A stretch of 64,000 nucleotides of DNA from Candidatus Latescibacterota bacterium (GTDB taxonomy: Bacteria; Latescibacterota; UBA2968; UBA8231), in assembly GCA_965248355.1 (NCBI GenBank), contig OZ252098.1, forward strand, positions 320,001 through 384,000. Direction: 5' to 3'. Every line of letters begins with the position of its first letter. Position 1 is the stretch's first letter. Shown piece by piece: positions 47,019 to 55,903 of the stretch. The position numbers and the translations under genes were made by a program. The notes under the pieces were generated by a model. The model made no database searches and was not told the DNA's origin. It saw nothing but the letters and a program-made list of their open reading frames with translations.

Positions 47019-49199
47019 CTAGTAGGTCACGGCGACGGTGCCGAAGGCCCGCGCCTGTCCCGTCTTCGCGTCAACCGTCACGCTGAAGACATAGTTTCCC
47101 GGCGGCACGATCCGGCCGGAGTCATCGCGGCCGTCCCAGGGGAGGGCGAAGCGTCCGCTCACGTCGTCCCCGGCGTACAGGCGGCGGACCGGCCGGCCGG
47201 ACAGGTCGCGAAGGACGACCTCCACCCGCCTCGGCGCGCCGATGGTGGTCAGGTCGTAGCCGATCGAGGTCTCCTCGTTGGCCCCGTCTCCGTTGGGCGT
47301 GATCACCGCCGGCGCGGCCTTCACGTTGACGAGGAGGTCGTCGGTGATCCCCACGTGCACGGCCAGGTTGCCCGCCACCTGCGAGCCCAGCGGGAGGGTG
47401 TCCCCATCGCCCTCTCCCAGATCGGCGGCGTTGCCGGGGAGAAGGTGCTGTCCCACCAGGGCGCCGGTCTCCGAGTTCAGGGCCTGGCCGGAGAAGGTCG
47501 TGCCGAAGCGGAGCACGGCGTTGTCGAAGGTGACGCGCAACTCGGCCCCGTCCTCGGCCACGGCCGGGAACCCCACGGTGAAGGACTTCTCCTCCACCTC
47601 GAGGATGGAGAAGTCTCCCCGGGCCACGGGCAGGTCCGAGTCCGACAGGGCGCTGCCGGTGAAGTCCGCCGACTGCACGCTGCCGTCGGCCCGCCGGATC
47701 TCCACCGATCCGACCTCCTCCACGCGCAAGGGCGTCCGGATCTTCAACCGGTCAAAACCCCGGTCGCGGCCCGGCTCGAAGAGGGTGCGGACCGCGTAGG
47801 TGAACCAGGTCTTCTCGGCGAGTTCCGTCCTTCGCGGCCGGATTTCCCCGACGAGGGCCCCGGAGAAGGGCCGGGTGAGCACGTCGAAGGCGAGTCCGCC
47901 GACGCCGGTGGCCGATTCGAACTCATCGCTGAGGAATTCGATCGATACCTGGAAGTACCGCCGCGGACTGGGGGAGACGATCGGGACGCCGAGCCCTTCC
48001 ACCTCGAGCCCGTCGGCCGTGACCACGGCCTCGGGAGGATAGACCGCCGACCACTCGCTCCAGCCGGTCACGTCGTTGCGGATCTCGCCCTTGTCCTTCC
48101 GGGCCAGGGCGCCGTAGTCATCCTCGGTCAGGCTGAGCTCTTCGCGCTGTTCGAGGGACAACTCCTCGAAGGTCTGGCTGGCGTCGCGGAGGTCGACGTC
48201 GATGTTGTCCAGGACGTTCTCGACGAGCGCCTTGAGCTCGGCGTCGTCGACCTTGTCGGCGAACTTCCAGGGCACATGGGATTCTCGCGGGGAGAACTGG
48301 CCGGAGATGCGGAAGATGTCCTCGGCGGGGCGGATCTTGCTGAAGATCAGGGGCTGGGGGTCGATCCCCGAGCGGGTGCGCACCCTGATCCGTGAGAAGG
48401 TCTCGTCTCCCACCTTCTCCTGGACCCAGCGGAGGTTGCCGAGCAGGGTCGCCGCGCCGAAGTCGATGATGTTGGAGATGTAGGCCGCCTCGGGGACGAA
48501 ACCGGTCCCGAAGACCTGCAACTCGGCCAGGTCGAATCCGACCGCGGTGAGCGACTTGAGGCGGACGAGCCGGACGTACTGCGCCGGGATGCGGATGTCG
48601 ACCACCGGTTCCTCGTTCTGCCCCTCCACGGCCACGCTCGTCCGGATCGGTCTTCCCTGGCTCGTCGACTCGGGTGTGCCGTCGTTGAGGAAGAGCTCGA
48701 AGCTTCGGAGGAAGTCGTTCTGGAAGGGGAAGTCGGCGGCCGGCATCTCCGGAGCGGCGTTGCGGGGGAAGAAGCGGAAGCGATTGACGCCGAAGCGGGC
48801 GCCGAGGTCCAGGTCGACGATCAGGCCCAGGACCGGGGTCTGGCGGAGATCCAGCCCCGTCTCGCCGTTGTTGTCGATGATCCTGGTGAGATCGTTGCGG
48901 ATGGCCCGGTGGGTGGGAGTGGTGATCTCGCCGCCGCGCTCGAGGGTACCGACCGCGATGTTCAGCTCCGGGTCGGCGCGCTGGGGGAAGATCCAGTTGT
49001 CGTGGCCCTCGACCGAGAAGTCGATGACGCCGCCCGGGGTGTTCGTGGACTTCACGGACTCGCCGCGGATCACCTTCGCCTGGATCCCGCCTCCGCCCTC
49101 CTCCCAGGGACTCCCGGGGCCTCCCAGAATGACGACCTCGGCGGAGGCTGCCGTGGTGAGGACGAGGACGGCGCTGGCGAAGAGGGCGGGACGTCTCAT
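47019..49199 (-). CDS. Secreted discoidin-like + FlgD-Ig C-terminal domain protein (paralog A1)
   Basis: ATG at 49199 and signal peptide; LDLGARFGVNRFRFFPR, AELQVFGTGF, SPSPRRYFQ, TPNGDGANE and WDGRDDSG..PPGNY. Confidence 0.8.
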   Translation of the reverse strand: MRRPALFASAVLVLTTAASAEVVILGGPGSPWEEGGGGIQAKVIRGESVKSTNTPGGVIDFSVEGHDNWIFPQRADPELNIAVGTLERGGEITTPTHRAIRNDLTRIIDNNGETGLDLRQTPVLGLIVDLDLGARFGVNRFRFFPRNAAPEMPAADFPFQNDFLRSFELFLNDGTPESTSQGRPIRTSVAVEGQNEEPVVDIRIPAQYVRLVRLKSLTAVGFDLAELQVFGTGFVPEAAYISNIIDFGAATLLGNLRWVQEKVGDETFSRIRVRTRSGIDPQPLIFSKIRPAEDIFRISGQFSPRESHVPWKFADKVDDAELKALVENVLDNIDVDLRDASQTFEELSLEQREELSLTEDDYGALARKDKGEIRNDVTGWSEWSAVYPPEAVVTADGLEVEGLGVPIVSPSPRRYFQVSIEFLSDEFESATGVGGLAFDVLTRPFSGALVGEIRPRRTELAEKTWFTYAVRTLFEPGRDRGFDRLKIRTPLRVEEVGSVEIRRADGSVQSADFTGSALSDSDLPVARGDFSILEVEEKSFTVGFPAVAEDGAELRVTFDNAVLRFGTTFSGQALNSETGALVGQHLLPGNAADLGEGDGDTLPLGSQVAGNLAVHVGITDDLLVNVKAAPAVITPNGDGANEETSIGYDLTTIGAPRRVEVVLRDLSGRPVRRLYAGDDVSGRFALPWDGRDDSGRIVPPGNYVFSVTVDAKTGQARAFGTVAVTY

Positions 49200-49385
49200 T
49201 GGCTTCGCATCGGCCCCAGCATGGGACCGCACCGGAAAATAGGTCACGGACCTGGACCGCAAGAGGACACCGGGGCATCTGCCGCCCGGCGCGGCGAAAT
49301 TAACGGCAAGAGAGGGCGGAGGGCAACGGTTGCGTGACGGGCGCCCTGTGTCGAATCTCTGCGGAGATCGGAAGCACCTTCCAGC

Positions 49386-51017
49386 ATGCCCCTTCGGACC
49401 CCGGACCGACACCTGCCTGTGATCAGAGGAGGACATCGCCCCCAGTTCGGCGGGCCCTCAAGACGGGGCATCCCGAGGTTCCTTGCGGCCCTCCTGTGCC
49501 TCTGTCTGACCCCGTGGCCGGTCCCGGGTGCCGGCGAGACGACGGCCCCCCCGCCGGCCGAGACGGCTCCCAGGCGGCTGTCCGCGACCCACCTCCTGGC
49601 GGAGATGGGTCGCGACTCGGACGCCCCCATCCGGCTCCGTCACGCAGTGGTCAGGGGCTCCCTCGACGGGGCGTCGGCCGGGCTCGACACCGTGCGCCGC
49701 CCCCTCGACCTGGAGGACGTGCGCTTCACGGGGGAGGTCTCCCTGCCGCGCGTCGTTTTCCTGGCTCCGGTGCGGGTCCATGGATCGGCCTTCGAAGGGG
49801 GGCTGTCCCTCCAGGGGGCGAGCTTCCACGGACCCGCCGGCTTCCAGGCCATCCGCGTCGACCGGCAGGCCAACCTCAGAGGGGCGGCCTTCCTCGCCGG
49901 GGCCGACTTCAGCGATGGCGAGTTCTTGGGGGTCGGCTCCTTCATCGAGACCCGTTTTGAGGGCGGGGAAAGCACCTTCCGCCGGACCCGGTTCCGCGGC
50001 GGCGCCTACTTCGAGGGCGCCCGGTTCGGCACCTCCGCGGACTTCCGCAGCTCGGTCTTCGGCGACGTCGCCTCCTTCAAGGAGACGGAGTGGTCGGATG
50101 TCTCCTTCGCCGGGGCCCGCTTCTGGGGCCGCATCCTCTTCTGGGAGTCCGTCTTCGCCGGGACCGCCCGCTTCGACAAGGCCCGCGCCGAGCGACAGGT
50201 CTCCTTCGACCGCGCCCGCTTCGACGGCCCCGCCTCCTTCGAGGAGTTCATCTTCGCTGACCCCGCGGTCTTCACCGGGGTCAGGGCCCGGGAGGAGATC
50301 GGCTTCGCCGGCGCCTACTTCCGCAAGGACGCGGACTTCCGCGGCGGCACCTTCTCCGGGGAGCTGAACCTCGCCGGGAGGATCCAGAAGGGGCTGGACC
50401 TGCGGCGGATCCGAAGCTCGACGGTCACCCTTCTGGCGACGGATCCTGCCCAGGTCACCTTCGGCGACAGCGCCACCCTCTACTTGCAGGAAGCGCGCTG
50501 GGATGAGTTGCGCTTCCGCTGGCCCGAGTTGCGCGGCCGGCTGGCGGCGGCCGACCCGGGGTCGATCGACGACCTCGAGCCGGTCTATGCCGACCTGGGG
50601 GCCCAGTTGCGCCGCCAGGGCCGGTTCCGCGACGCCGAGGCCTGCCACGTCGAGTGGATGGACCTGCGCCGCCGGCAGTTCGGCTGGACAGACCCGGCGC
50701 GCTGGGGCCTGGAGCTGTTCGGCCTGAGCACCCGCTACGGCACCGACCCCGGCCGCTTCGCCGGCGCCGCGGTCTCCGCCGTCCTCCTCTTCGGCCTTCT
50801 GTATCGCCTCGGACGAGGCGGACTGGTGCCGGTCACCGGCGGCGCAGAGGCCTCCCTGCTCGACTGCCTTCTCTTCAGCTTGCAGACCTTCGTGCGCGCC
50901 GGCCAATCCTCCTGGCGCCCCACCGGCGCGCTCCGCTTCCTCGCCAACCTCCAGGCCCTGCTGGGATGGATCGGCCTGGCTCTGCTGGTGGTGACCCTGC
51001 TGTCGCCTCTCCGGTAG
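49386..51017 (+). CDS. Pentapeptide-repeat protein with C-terminal two-TM ion-channel-like module
   Basis: Many AxFxxxxF repeats, YGT motif, then TM-pore helix (CLLFSLQTF)-TM (QALLGWIGLALLV). Start is uncertain. Confidence 0.75.
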   Translation: MPLRTPDRHLPVIRGGHRPQFGGPSRRGIPRFLAALLCLCLTPWPVPGAGETTAPPPAETAPRRLSATHLLAEMGRDSDAPIRLRHAVVRGSLDGASAGLDTVRRPLDLEDVRFTGEVSLPRVVFLAPVRVHGSAFEGGLSLQGASFHGPAGFQAIRVDRQANLRGAAFLAGADFSDGEFLGVGSFIETRFEGGESTFRRTRFRGGAYFEGARFGTSADFRSSVFGDVASFKETEWSDVSFAGARFWGRILFWESVFAGTARFDKARAERQVSFDRARFDGPASFEEFIFADPAVFTGVRAREEIGFAGAYFRKDADFRGGTFSGELNLAGRIQKGLDLRRIRSSTVTLLATDPAQVTFGDSATLYLQEARWDELRFRWPELRGRLAAADPGSIDDLEPVYADLGAQLRRQGRFRDAEACHVEWMDLRRRQFGWTDPARWGLELFGLSTRYGTDPGRFAGAAVSAVLLFGLLYRLGRGGLVPVTGGAEASLLDCLLFSLQTFVRAGQSSWRPTGALRFLANLQALLGWIGLALLVVTLLSPLR

Positions 51018-51039
51018 GGGCGCGGACCGTTCCCGCTCC

Positions 51040-52686
51040 ATGTCGCGAACCCCTCTCCCGGCCCTCCTCGTGGTGTTGGGCACCCTTGCCTGCGGCGGTC
51101 CTACGCAGGTCCCCCAAGGGTTCCCCCGGTTCCCGGAGGTCGCCACCGCCTCCGGGCTCGACTTCGTCCATTTCAACGGTTTCTCCGGGGAGTTCTACTA
51201 CCCGGAGACCTACGGCGCCGGCGCCGCCTTCTTCGACGCCGACGGCGACGGCTGGCAGGACATCTACCTGGTCAACGGCACCGACCTGGCCGGCAGGCCG
51301 CCCGAGGAGCCACCGGTGAACCGGCTCTTCCGCAACCGGCGCGACGGCACCTTCTCGGACGTGACCGCGGCCTCGGGCGCCGGCGATCCCGGGTACGGGC
51401 AGGGGGTGGCGGCCGCCGACTACGACGGCGACGGTGATCAGGACCTGTTCGTGGCCAACTTCGGGCCCAACGTTCTGCTCCGGAACGAGGCAGGCGGCCG
51501 TTTCGCCGACGTCACCGGCGAGGCTGGCCTGGGGGACCCGCGCTGGGGGAGCAGCCCCGGCTTCCTCGACTACGACCTGGACGGGGACATCGACCTCTTC
51601 GTCGCCAACTACGTCCACTTCACCCTGGAGATCAACGTCCCCTGCGGCGACGGCGCGGGCCATCGCTCCTACTGCGAGCCCTCGGTCTACGAGCCGATCG
51701 GCGATCTCCTCTACCGCAACGACGGCGACCGCTTCACCGACGTGACCCGCGCCGCCGGCATCACCCTGGAGGGCCGTGGCCTGGGAGTCGCCTTCTCCGA
51801 CTACGACCTGGACGGGGACACCGACATCTACGTGGCCAACGACGGCACCATGAACTTCCTCTACGACAACCGCCGCGGCACCTTCGCCGAGGTCGGACTG
51901 ACCAGCGGCACGCGCTACAACGAGTTCGGCCACCCCGAAGCCGGCATGGGGGTCGACTTCGGGGACTACGACAACGACGGCGACCAGGATCTCTTCATCA
52001 CCAACTTCGCCGGCGAGACGAACACCTTGTATCGGAACGAGGGCCAGGGCCGCTTCGGCATCGTCTCCGATGAGGTCGGACTGGACGGGCCGTCGAAGCT
52101 GCCCCTGGGGTTCGGCATGAAGTTCATCGACTGCGACAACGACGCCGACCTCGACCTGTTCGTCGCCAACGGGCACGTCGTCCACCGGATCCAGGAGGCC
52201 GACCCGGCCCAGAGGTACCGCCAGCCGAACCAGATGTTCCGCAACGACGGCGGCGTCCGCTTCACCGATGTCTCGGCGGAGCTGGGACCCCAGTTCATCG
52301 AGGCCGACGTCGGGCGCGGCACGGCCGTGGGCGACTACGACAACGACGGCGACCTGGACCTCCTCGTGACGACGGTGGCCGCCTCCGCCCGGCTGCTGAG
52401 GAACGACGGCGGCAACCGGCGCCGCTGGCTCTTCGTCGAACTCGTGGGGGCGCGCCATCCCGACGCCCTGGGCGCCCGGGTGACGGTTACGGCGGACGGA
52501 CGCCGTCAGGTCAAGGAACGCCAGTCGGGCAGCAGCTACCTCTCCAGCCACGATCCGCGTCTCCACTTCGGGCTGGACCAGGCGACCCGGGCCGACGTCG
52601 AGATCCGGTGGCCCGACGGCTCGACGCAGCGCGTCCCCGGCGTGGCCGCCGACCAGGTTCTGCGCGTCGTGCAGGAGGATCGATGA
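51040..52686 (+). CDS. FG-GAP/VCBS-repeat lipoprotein with ASPIC/UnbV domain (CRTAC1-like)
   Basis: LAC lipobox, repeated DYDxDGDxDL and SYLSSHDPRLHFGL..IRWPDG. Confidence 0.9.
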   Translation: MSRTPLPALLVVLGTLACGGPTQVPQGFPRFPEVATASGLDFVHFNGFSGEFYYPETYGAGAAFFDADGDGWQDIYLVNGTDLAGRPPEEPPVNRLFRNRRDGTFSDVTAASGAGDPGYGQGVAAADYDGDGDQDLFVANFGPNVLLRNEAGGRFADVTGEAGLGDPRWGSSPGFLDYDLDGDIDLFVANYVHFTLEINVPCGDGAGHRSYCEPSVYEPIGDLLYRNDGDRFTDVTRAAGITLEGRGLGVAFSDYDLDGDTDIYVANDGTMNFLYDNRRGTFAEVGLTSGTRYNEFGHPEAGMGVDFGDYDNDGDQDLFITNFAGETNTLYRNEGQGRFGIVSDEVGLDGPSKLPLGFGMKFIDCDNDADLDLFVANGHVVHRIQEADPAQRYRQPNQMFRNDGGVRFTDVSAELGPQFIEADVGRGTAVGDYDNDGDLDLLVTTVAASARLLRNDGGNRRRWLFVELVGARHPDALGARVTVTADGRRQVKERQSGSSYLSSHDPRLHFGLDQATRADVEIRWPDGSTQRVPGVAADQVLRVVQEDR

Positions 52687-52777
52687 CCGGGAGGTCACCC
52701 GGTGGGAGGCGCTCCGCCCGGGGGCCCTCGATCGGCGTGCCATCACCTCACCCCGCATTCAGAGCAGGAGGAGATCC

Positions 52778-53617
52778 TTGCGAGTAACCCACACCTGGCT
52801 TGACGACACCGCCCGCATCCGCGTCGAGGGGATCCGGGAAACGGTTACCATGTACCACTGCACCGACGCCCACGTGGCGGTGCCCGACCAGGAGAAGGCA
52901 CCGGACCCGGCCCGTCACGACCGTATCGTCACCATGGGGCACGCCCGGGAGGTCGTCTTCCGCCAGACCATGGAGCGGGTCGCGGTCAGCGACGTCGATC
53001 TCATCGCCCTCACGGGAGACATAGTCAACTTTCCCACCCGCTCCAGCATCGACTATGTGGCCGAGATCCTCCGGGGTGTCGAGATGCCCGTCTTGTTCAC
53101 CTCCGGCAACCACGACTGGCTCCTGCCACGACTGGAGGACGAGGACGGCCTCCTGCGCGAGGCTTGGTGGGACCGCCTGGAGCCGCTGCACAAGGGGAGT
53201 CCGTCCCACTGCAGCCGGGAGGTGGGAGGGATCGAGTTCGTCTGCGTGGACAACTCCACCTTCCGGGTCAACGAGGAGCAGCTCGCCTTCGTCCGGGCCT
53301 GCCTCGGCAAGCAGCTGCCCACCGTTCTGCTCTATCACATCCCCATCAGCCTGCCGACCCTTCGGGACGACTCCATTCGGTCGGTGGGCGACAACCTGAT
53401 GGCCGATCCCGACTGGCACCCGGAGGTGGACTGGTGGGACCCCCAGGTGACGGACGCCTTCGTCGAGACCCTGGCCCGGGCGGAGAACCTGGTGGCCACC
53501 TTCTGCGGTCACATCCACATCCCCCACGCCGACAGCCTGAGCCGGACCGCGGTGCAGTACGTGGGCCCGCCCGCCTTCGAAGGCTTCGGGCGCATGGCGG
53601 AGTTCAGGCCGTGGTGA
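52778..53617 (+). CDS. Calcineurin-like metallophosphoesterase
   Basis: TDAH, TGD, GNHD and CGHIH; TTG start with AGGAG. Confidence 0.85.
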   Translation: MRVTHTWLDDTARIRVEGIRETVTMYHCTDAHVAVPDQEKAPDPARHDRIVTMGHAREVVFRQTMERVAVSDVDLIALTGDIVNFPTRSSIDYVAEILRGVEMPVLFTSGNHDWLLPRLEDEDGLLREAWWDRLEPLHKGSPSHCSREVGGIEFVCVDNSTFRVNEEQLAFVRACLGKQLPTVLLYHIPISLPTLRDDSIRSVGDNLMADPDWHPEVDWWDPQVTDAFVETLARAENLVATFCGHIHIPHADSLSRTAVQYVGPPAFEGFGRMAEFRPW

Positions 53618-53696
53618 GCGCGCTGCAGGCGAGTGGACCCACATCTGGCCGCCGGCGCGGGATCGGATCCGTCGCGGGGCTCCAAGGGGAGAGAGC

Positions 53697-54608
53697 ATGA
53701 CCGTTCGTTTTGTCTTCGGCACCGACAACCACTACCACCCGCGGGCGGAGAAGGACTTCGGGCCGCCGAAGATGCTCACCCAGGGGAGGGCCGTGCTCGA
53801 GGCGATGGTGGAACAGGTCAATGCCACGGAGCCCGCGTTCATCGTCCACGGGGGCGACCTGCTGTGCGGCGGCTCGTCCTTCGACCTGCCGTGGGAGCTC
53901 TACCTGCAGTCGGTGGAGGACGTGGCGGCGGCCTCCGAACGTTTCACGGCGCCCCTGTACTGCGTGCCGGGGAACCACGACTGCGATGCCGGCACCGGCA
54001 CCTTCGCCCCCCTGGCCGAGCGCATCCATCTCCCCGAACTGCTGGACGTCGTGGACGTGGCCCCGCGCCTGCGCCTGGCCCTGGCCAACATCTATCAGAC
54101 GAACCCCATGGTGGAGGACGCCGGCGAATGGACCGGGGAGCTGGACGCGGCGCTGGCCGCAGCCGCCCGGGATGCGCTGGCCGATGGCTGCGCCCTCATC
54201 CTGGTGCTCCACCCCTGGGTGCTGCCCGGCTTCGCGCCGCCGGAGGATCCCAATCAGCACCTCGTCCAGGGGGCGGACCGGCTGATCGAGACGGTGTCGA
54301 GACAGCCGGCGGTGGTGGCCGTCTTCACCGGGCACCGGCACATGAACCGAATCCGCATGTACCGAGACTTCCTGATCGTCGACACGGCCTGCCTCATCGG
54401 CTTCCCCATGGGATTCCGCGAGATCCACCTGGGCGGGGACGGACTGCTCACCGCCTTGTGGCACGAGTTGGACCTGCCCGAGGTGCTCCAGGCCTCGAGG
54501 GACCGCAGCAGCCCGGAGATCAACGATCGCTGGCAGGGGGAGGCGCACGACCGCGAGACCGAGATCCTGCTGCCCCGCCTGCGGGCGCTGTGGTCCTCGG
54601 GGGGGTGA
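53697..54608 (+). CDS. Calcineurin-like metallophosphoesterase
   Basis: TDNH, GGD, PGNHD and TGHRH. Confidence 0.85.
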   Translation: MTVRFVFGTDNHYHPRAEKDFGPPKMLTQGRAVLEAMVEQVNATEPAFIVHGGDLLCGGSSFDLPWELYLQSVEDVAAASERFTAPLYCVPGNHDCDAGTGTFAPLAERIHLPELLDVVDVAPRLRLALANIYQTNPMVEDAGEWTGELDAALAAAARDALADGCALILVLHPWVLPGFAPPEDPNQHLVQGADRLIETVSRQPAVVAVFTGHRHMNRIRMYRDFLIVDTACLIGFPMGFREIHLGGDGLLTALWHELDLPEVLQASRDRSSPEINDRWQGEAHDRETEILLPRLRALWSSGG

Positions 54609-54676
54609 GGTCCCCGCCGCCATGCCGGTTCCGGCGGCTCGGAGAAGATCCGGTCCAGGCCCGTCCTCGGGCGAGG

Positions 54677-55465
54677 TCAGGGGCGGTAGATGCAGCTCTG
54701 GTTGTAGGGGATGATGAGCGGGTCGACGCCGTCGCCCAGGTGGCCGGCCCATTGCCGGGGATCGTAGTCGCGGGCCACGAAGCAGCCGTAGTGGGCGGGG
54801 ACGGCGGTGCGCAGGCCGAGGGCGGCGGCGGTCCGGGCACATCCCTCGAAGAAGGGGAACTCGCCTTCCGTCGGGTGGCTGGTCAGGAGGCCGACGTGAG
54901 GCCTCAGATCGCGGATCGGGGCCAGCAGCTCATCGTGGTCGGCGAAGTTGTTGATCGGATCGCCGGAGAGATAGAGGCGCACGGTGCCGGCGTCGATCAC
55001 GTAGCCGAGGTGCTGCACGTCGGGGGGCTCGATGCCGGCGGACGGGTCCCCGCCGGGCGGCTTGGCCCACACCGCGTGGATGGTGAAGGGTCCGAGATCG
55101 GCCGAGACCCCGGCGGTCAGCTCCGTCACCCGGTCGGCCGGCACGCCACCCCGGCGCAACCGTTCGCAGCTCTCCGGGGGGCCGGCGGAGCGGACCTCCG
55201 GGAAGGCGCCGCGGATCCGGTCGATGCTTTCCATGCAGGTGTGATCGCCATGGTCGTGGGTCAGCAGGACCCAGTCGGTCCGCAGGGACTGCTCCAGCAG
55301 CGGCGGACGGGCGTGGATGAACTGGTCCGCCGGCCGAACCCGGGGATAGTACGGGTCGGTCTGGACGATGGTGCCATCGGCGTGGCGCAGGCCGAAGCTG
55401 CTCTGGCCGAACCAGTGTATGCCGATGCCGTCCGCGGGTACCCGGAGATCCTCGAAGGGGTGCAT
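54677..55465 (-). CDS. MBL-fold metallo-hydrolase (UlaG-like)
   Basis: WFGQSSF, TDPY, THDHGDH, LSGD and VPAHY; ATG at 55465. Confidence 0.85.
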   Translation of the reverse strand: MHPFEDLRVPADGIGIHWFGQSSFGLRHADGTIVQTDPYYPRVRPADQFIHARPPLLEQSLRTDWVLLTHDHGDHTCMESIDRIRGAFPEVRSAGPPESCERLRRGGVPADRVTELTAGVSADLGPFTIHAVWAKPPGGDPSAGIEPPDVQHLGYVIDAGTVRLYLSGDPINNFADHDELLAPIRDLRPHVGLLTSHPTEGEFPFFEGCARTAAALGLRTAVPAHYGCFVARDYDPRQWAGHLGDGVDPLIIPYNQSCIYRP

Positions 55466-55594
55466 GGGGGCGGCCTCCCGGTGACCGGATAAAACGGACC
55501 CAAGTTCGTAAAAAACCACAAGATAGCGATTGCCGGAGAGGGCGCAACCGAGTACCCTTGCCGACGGGTGATCGCCCATCCAGGGAGGCGCGTC

Positions 55595-55903
55595 ATGGCT
55601 CGTGTGGGATTCCGGATGCAGCTCAAGCCGGGGAACGAGGCGGAGTACAAACGGCGCCACGACGAGGTCTGGTCCGACTTGGCCCGGCTGCTGCGTGACT
55701 CGGGGATCCGCAACTACACCATCTACCGGGACGGGACCACGCTCTTCGCCTGCCTCGAGATCGACGACCCGGAGGCGCTGGAGGGACTGGCCGGGGAGGA
55801 GCTGATGCGGAAGTGGTGGCGCTACATGGAACCCCTCATGGTGTGCAATCCAGACAGCTCGCCCGTCATCACACCCCTCGAGGAAGCCTTTCACATGGAC
55901 TAG
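55595..55903 (+). CDS. rhaM: L-rhamnose mutarotase
   Basis: EYKRRHDEVW, GIRNYTIY, KWWRYM and EEAFHMD. Confidence 0.88.
   Translation: MARVGFRMQLKPGNEAEYKRRHDEVWSDLARLLRDSGIRNYTIYRDGTTLFACLEIDDPEALEGLAGEELMRKWWRYMEPLMVCNPDSSPVITPLEEAFHMD

Noticed and set aside
42715-47022. 1435-aa plus-strand ORF
   Set aside because: Antisense shadow of the PPIase and B1 genes. It has no recognisable motifs, and such ORFs are expected in high-GC DNA.
51200-52380. Recurring GACTACGAC..GACGG nucleotide repeats as a CRISPR or repeat array
   Set aside because: They encode FG-GAP DYDxDGD protein repeats. Spacing and degeneracy do not fit CRISPR, and no cas genes are present.
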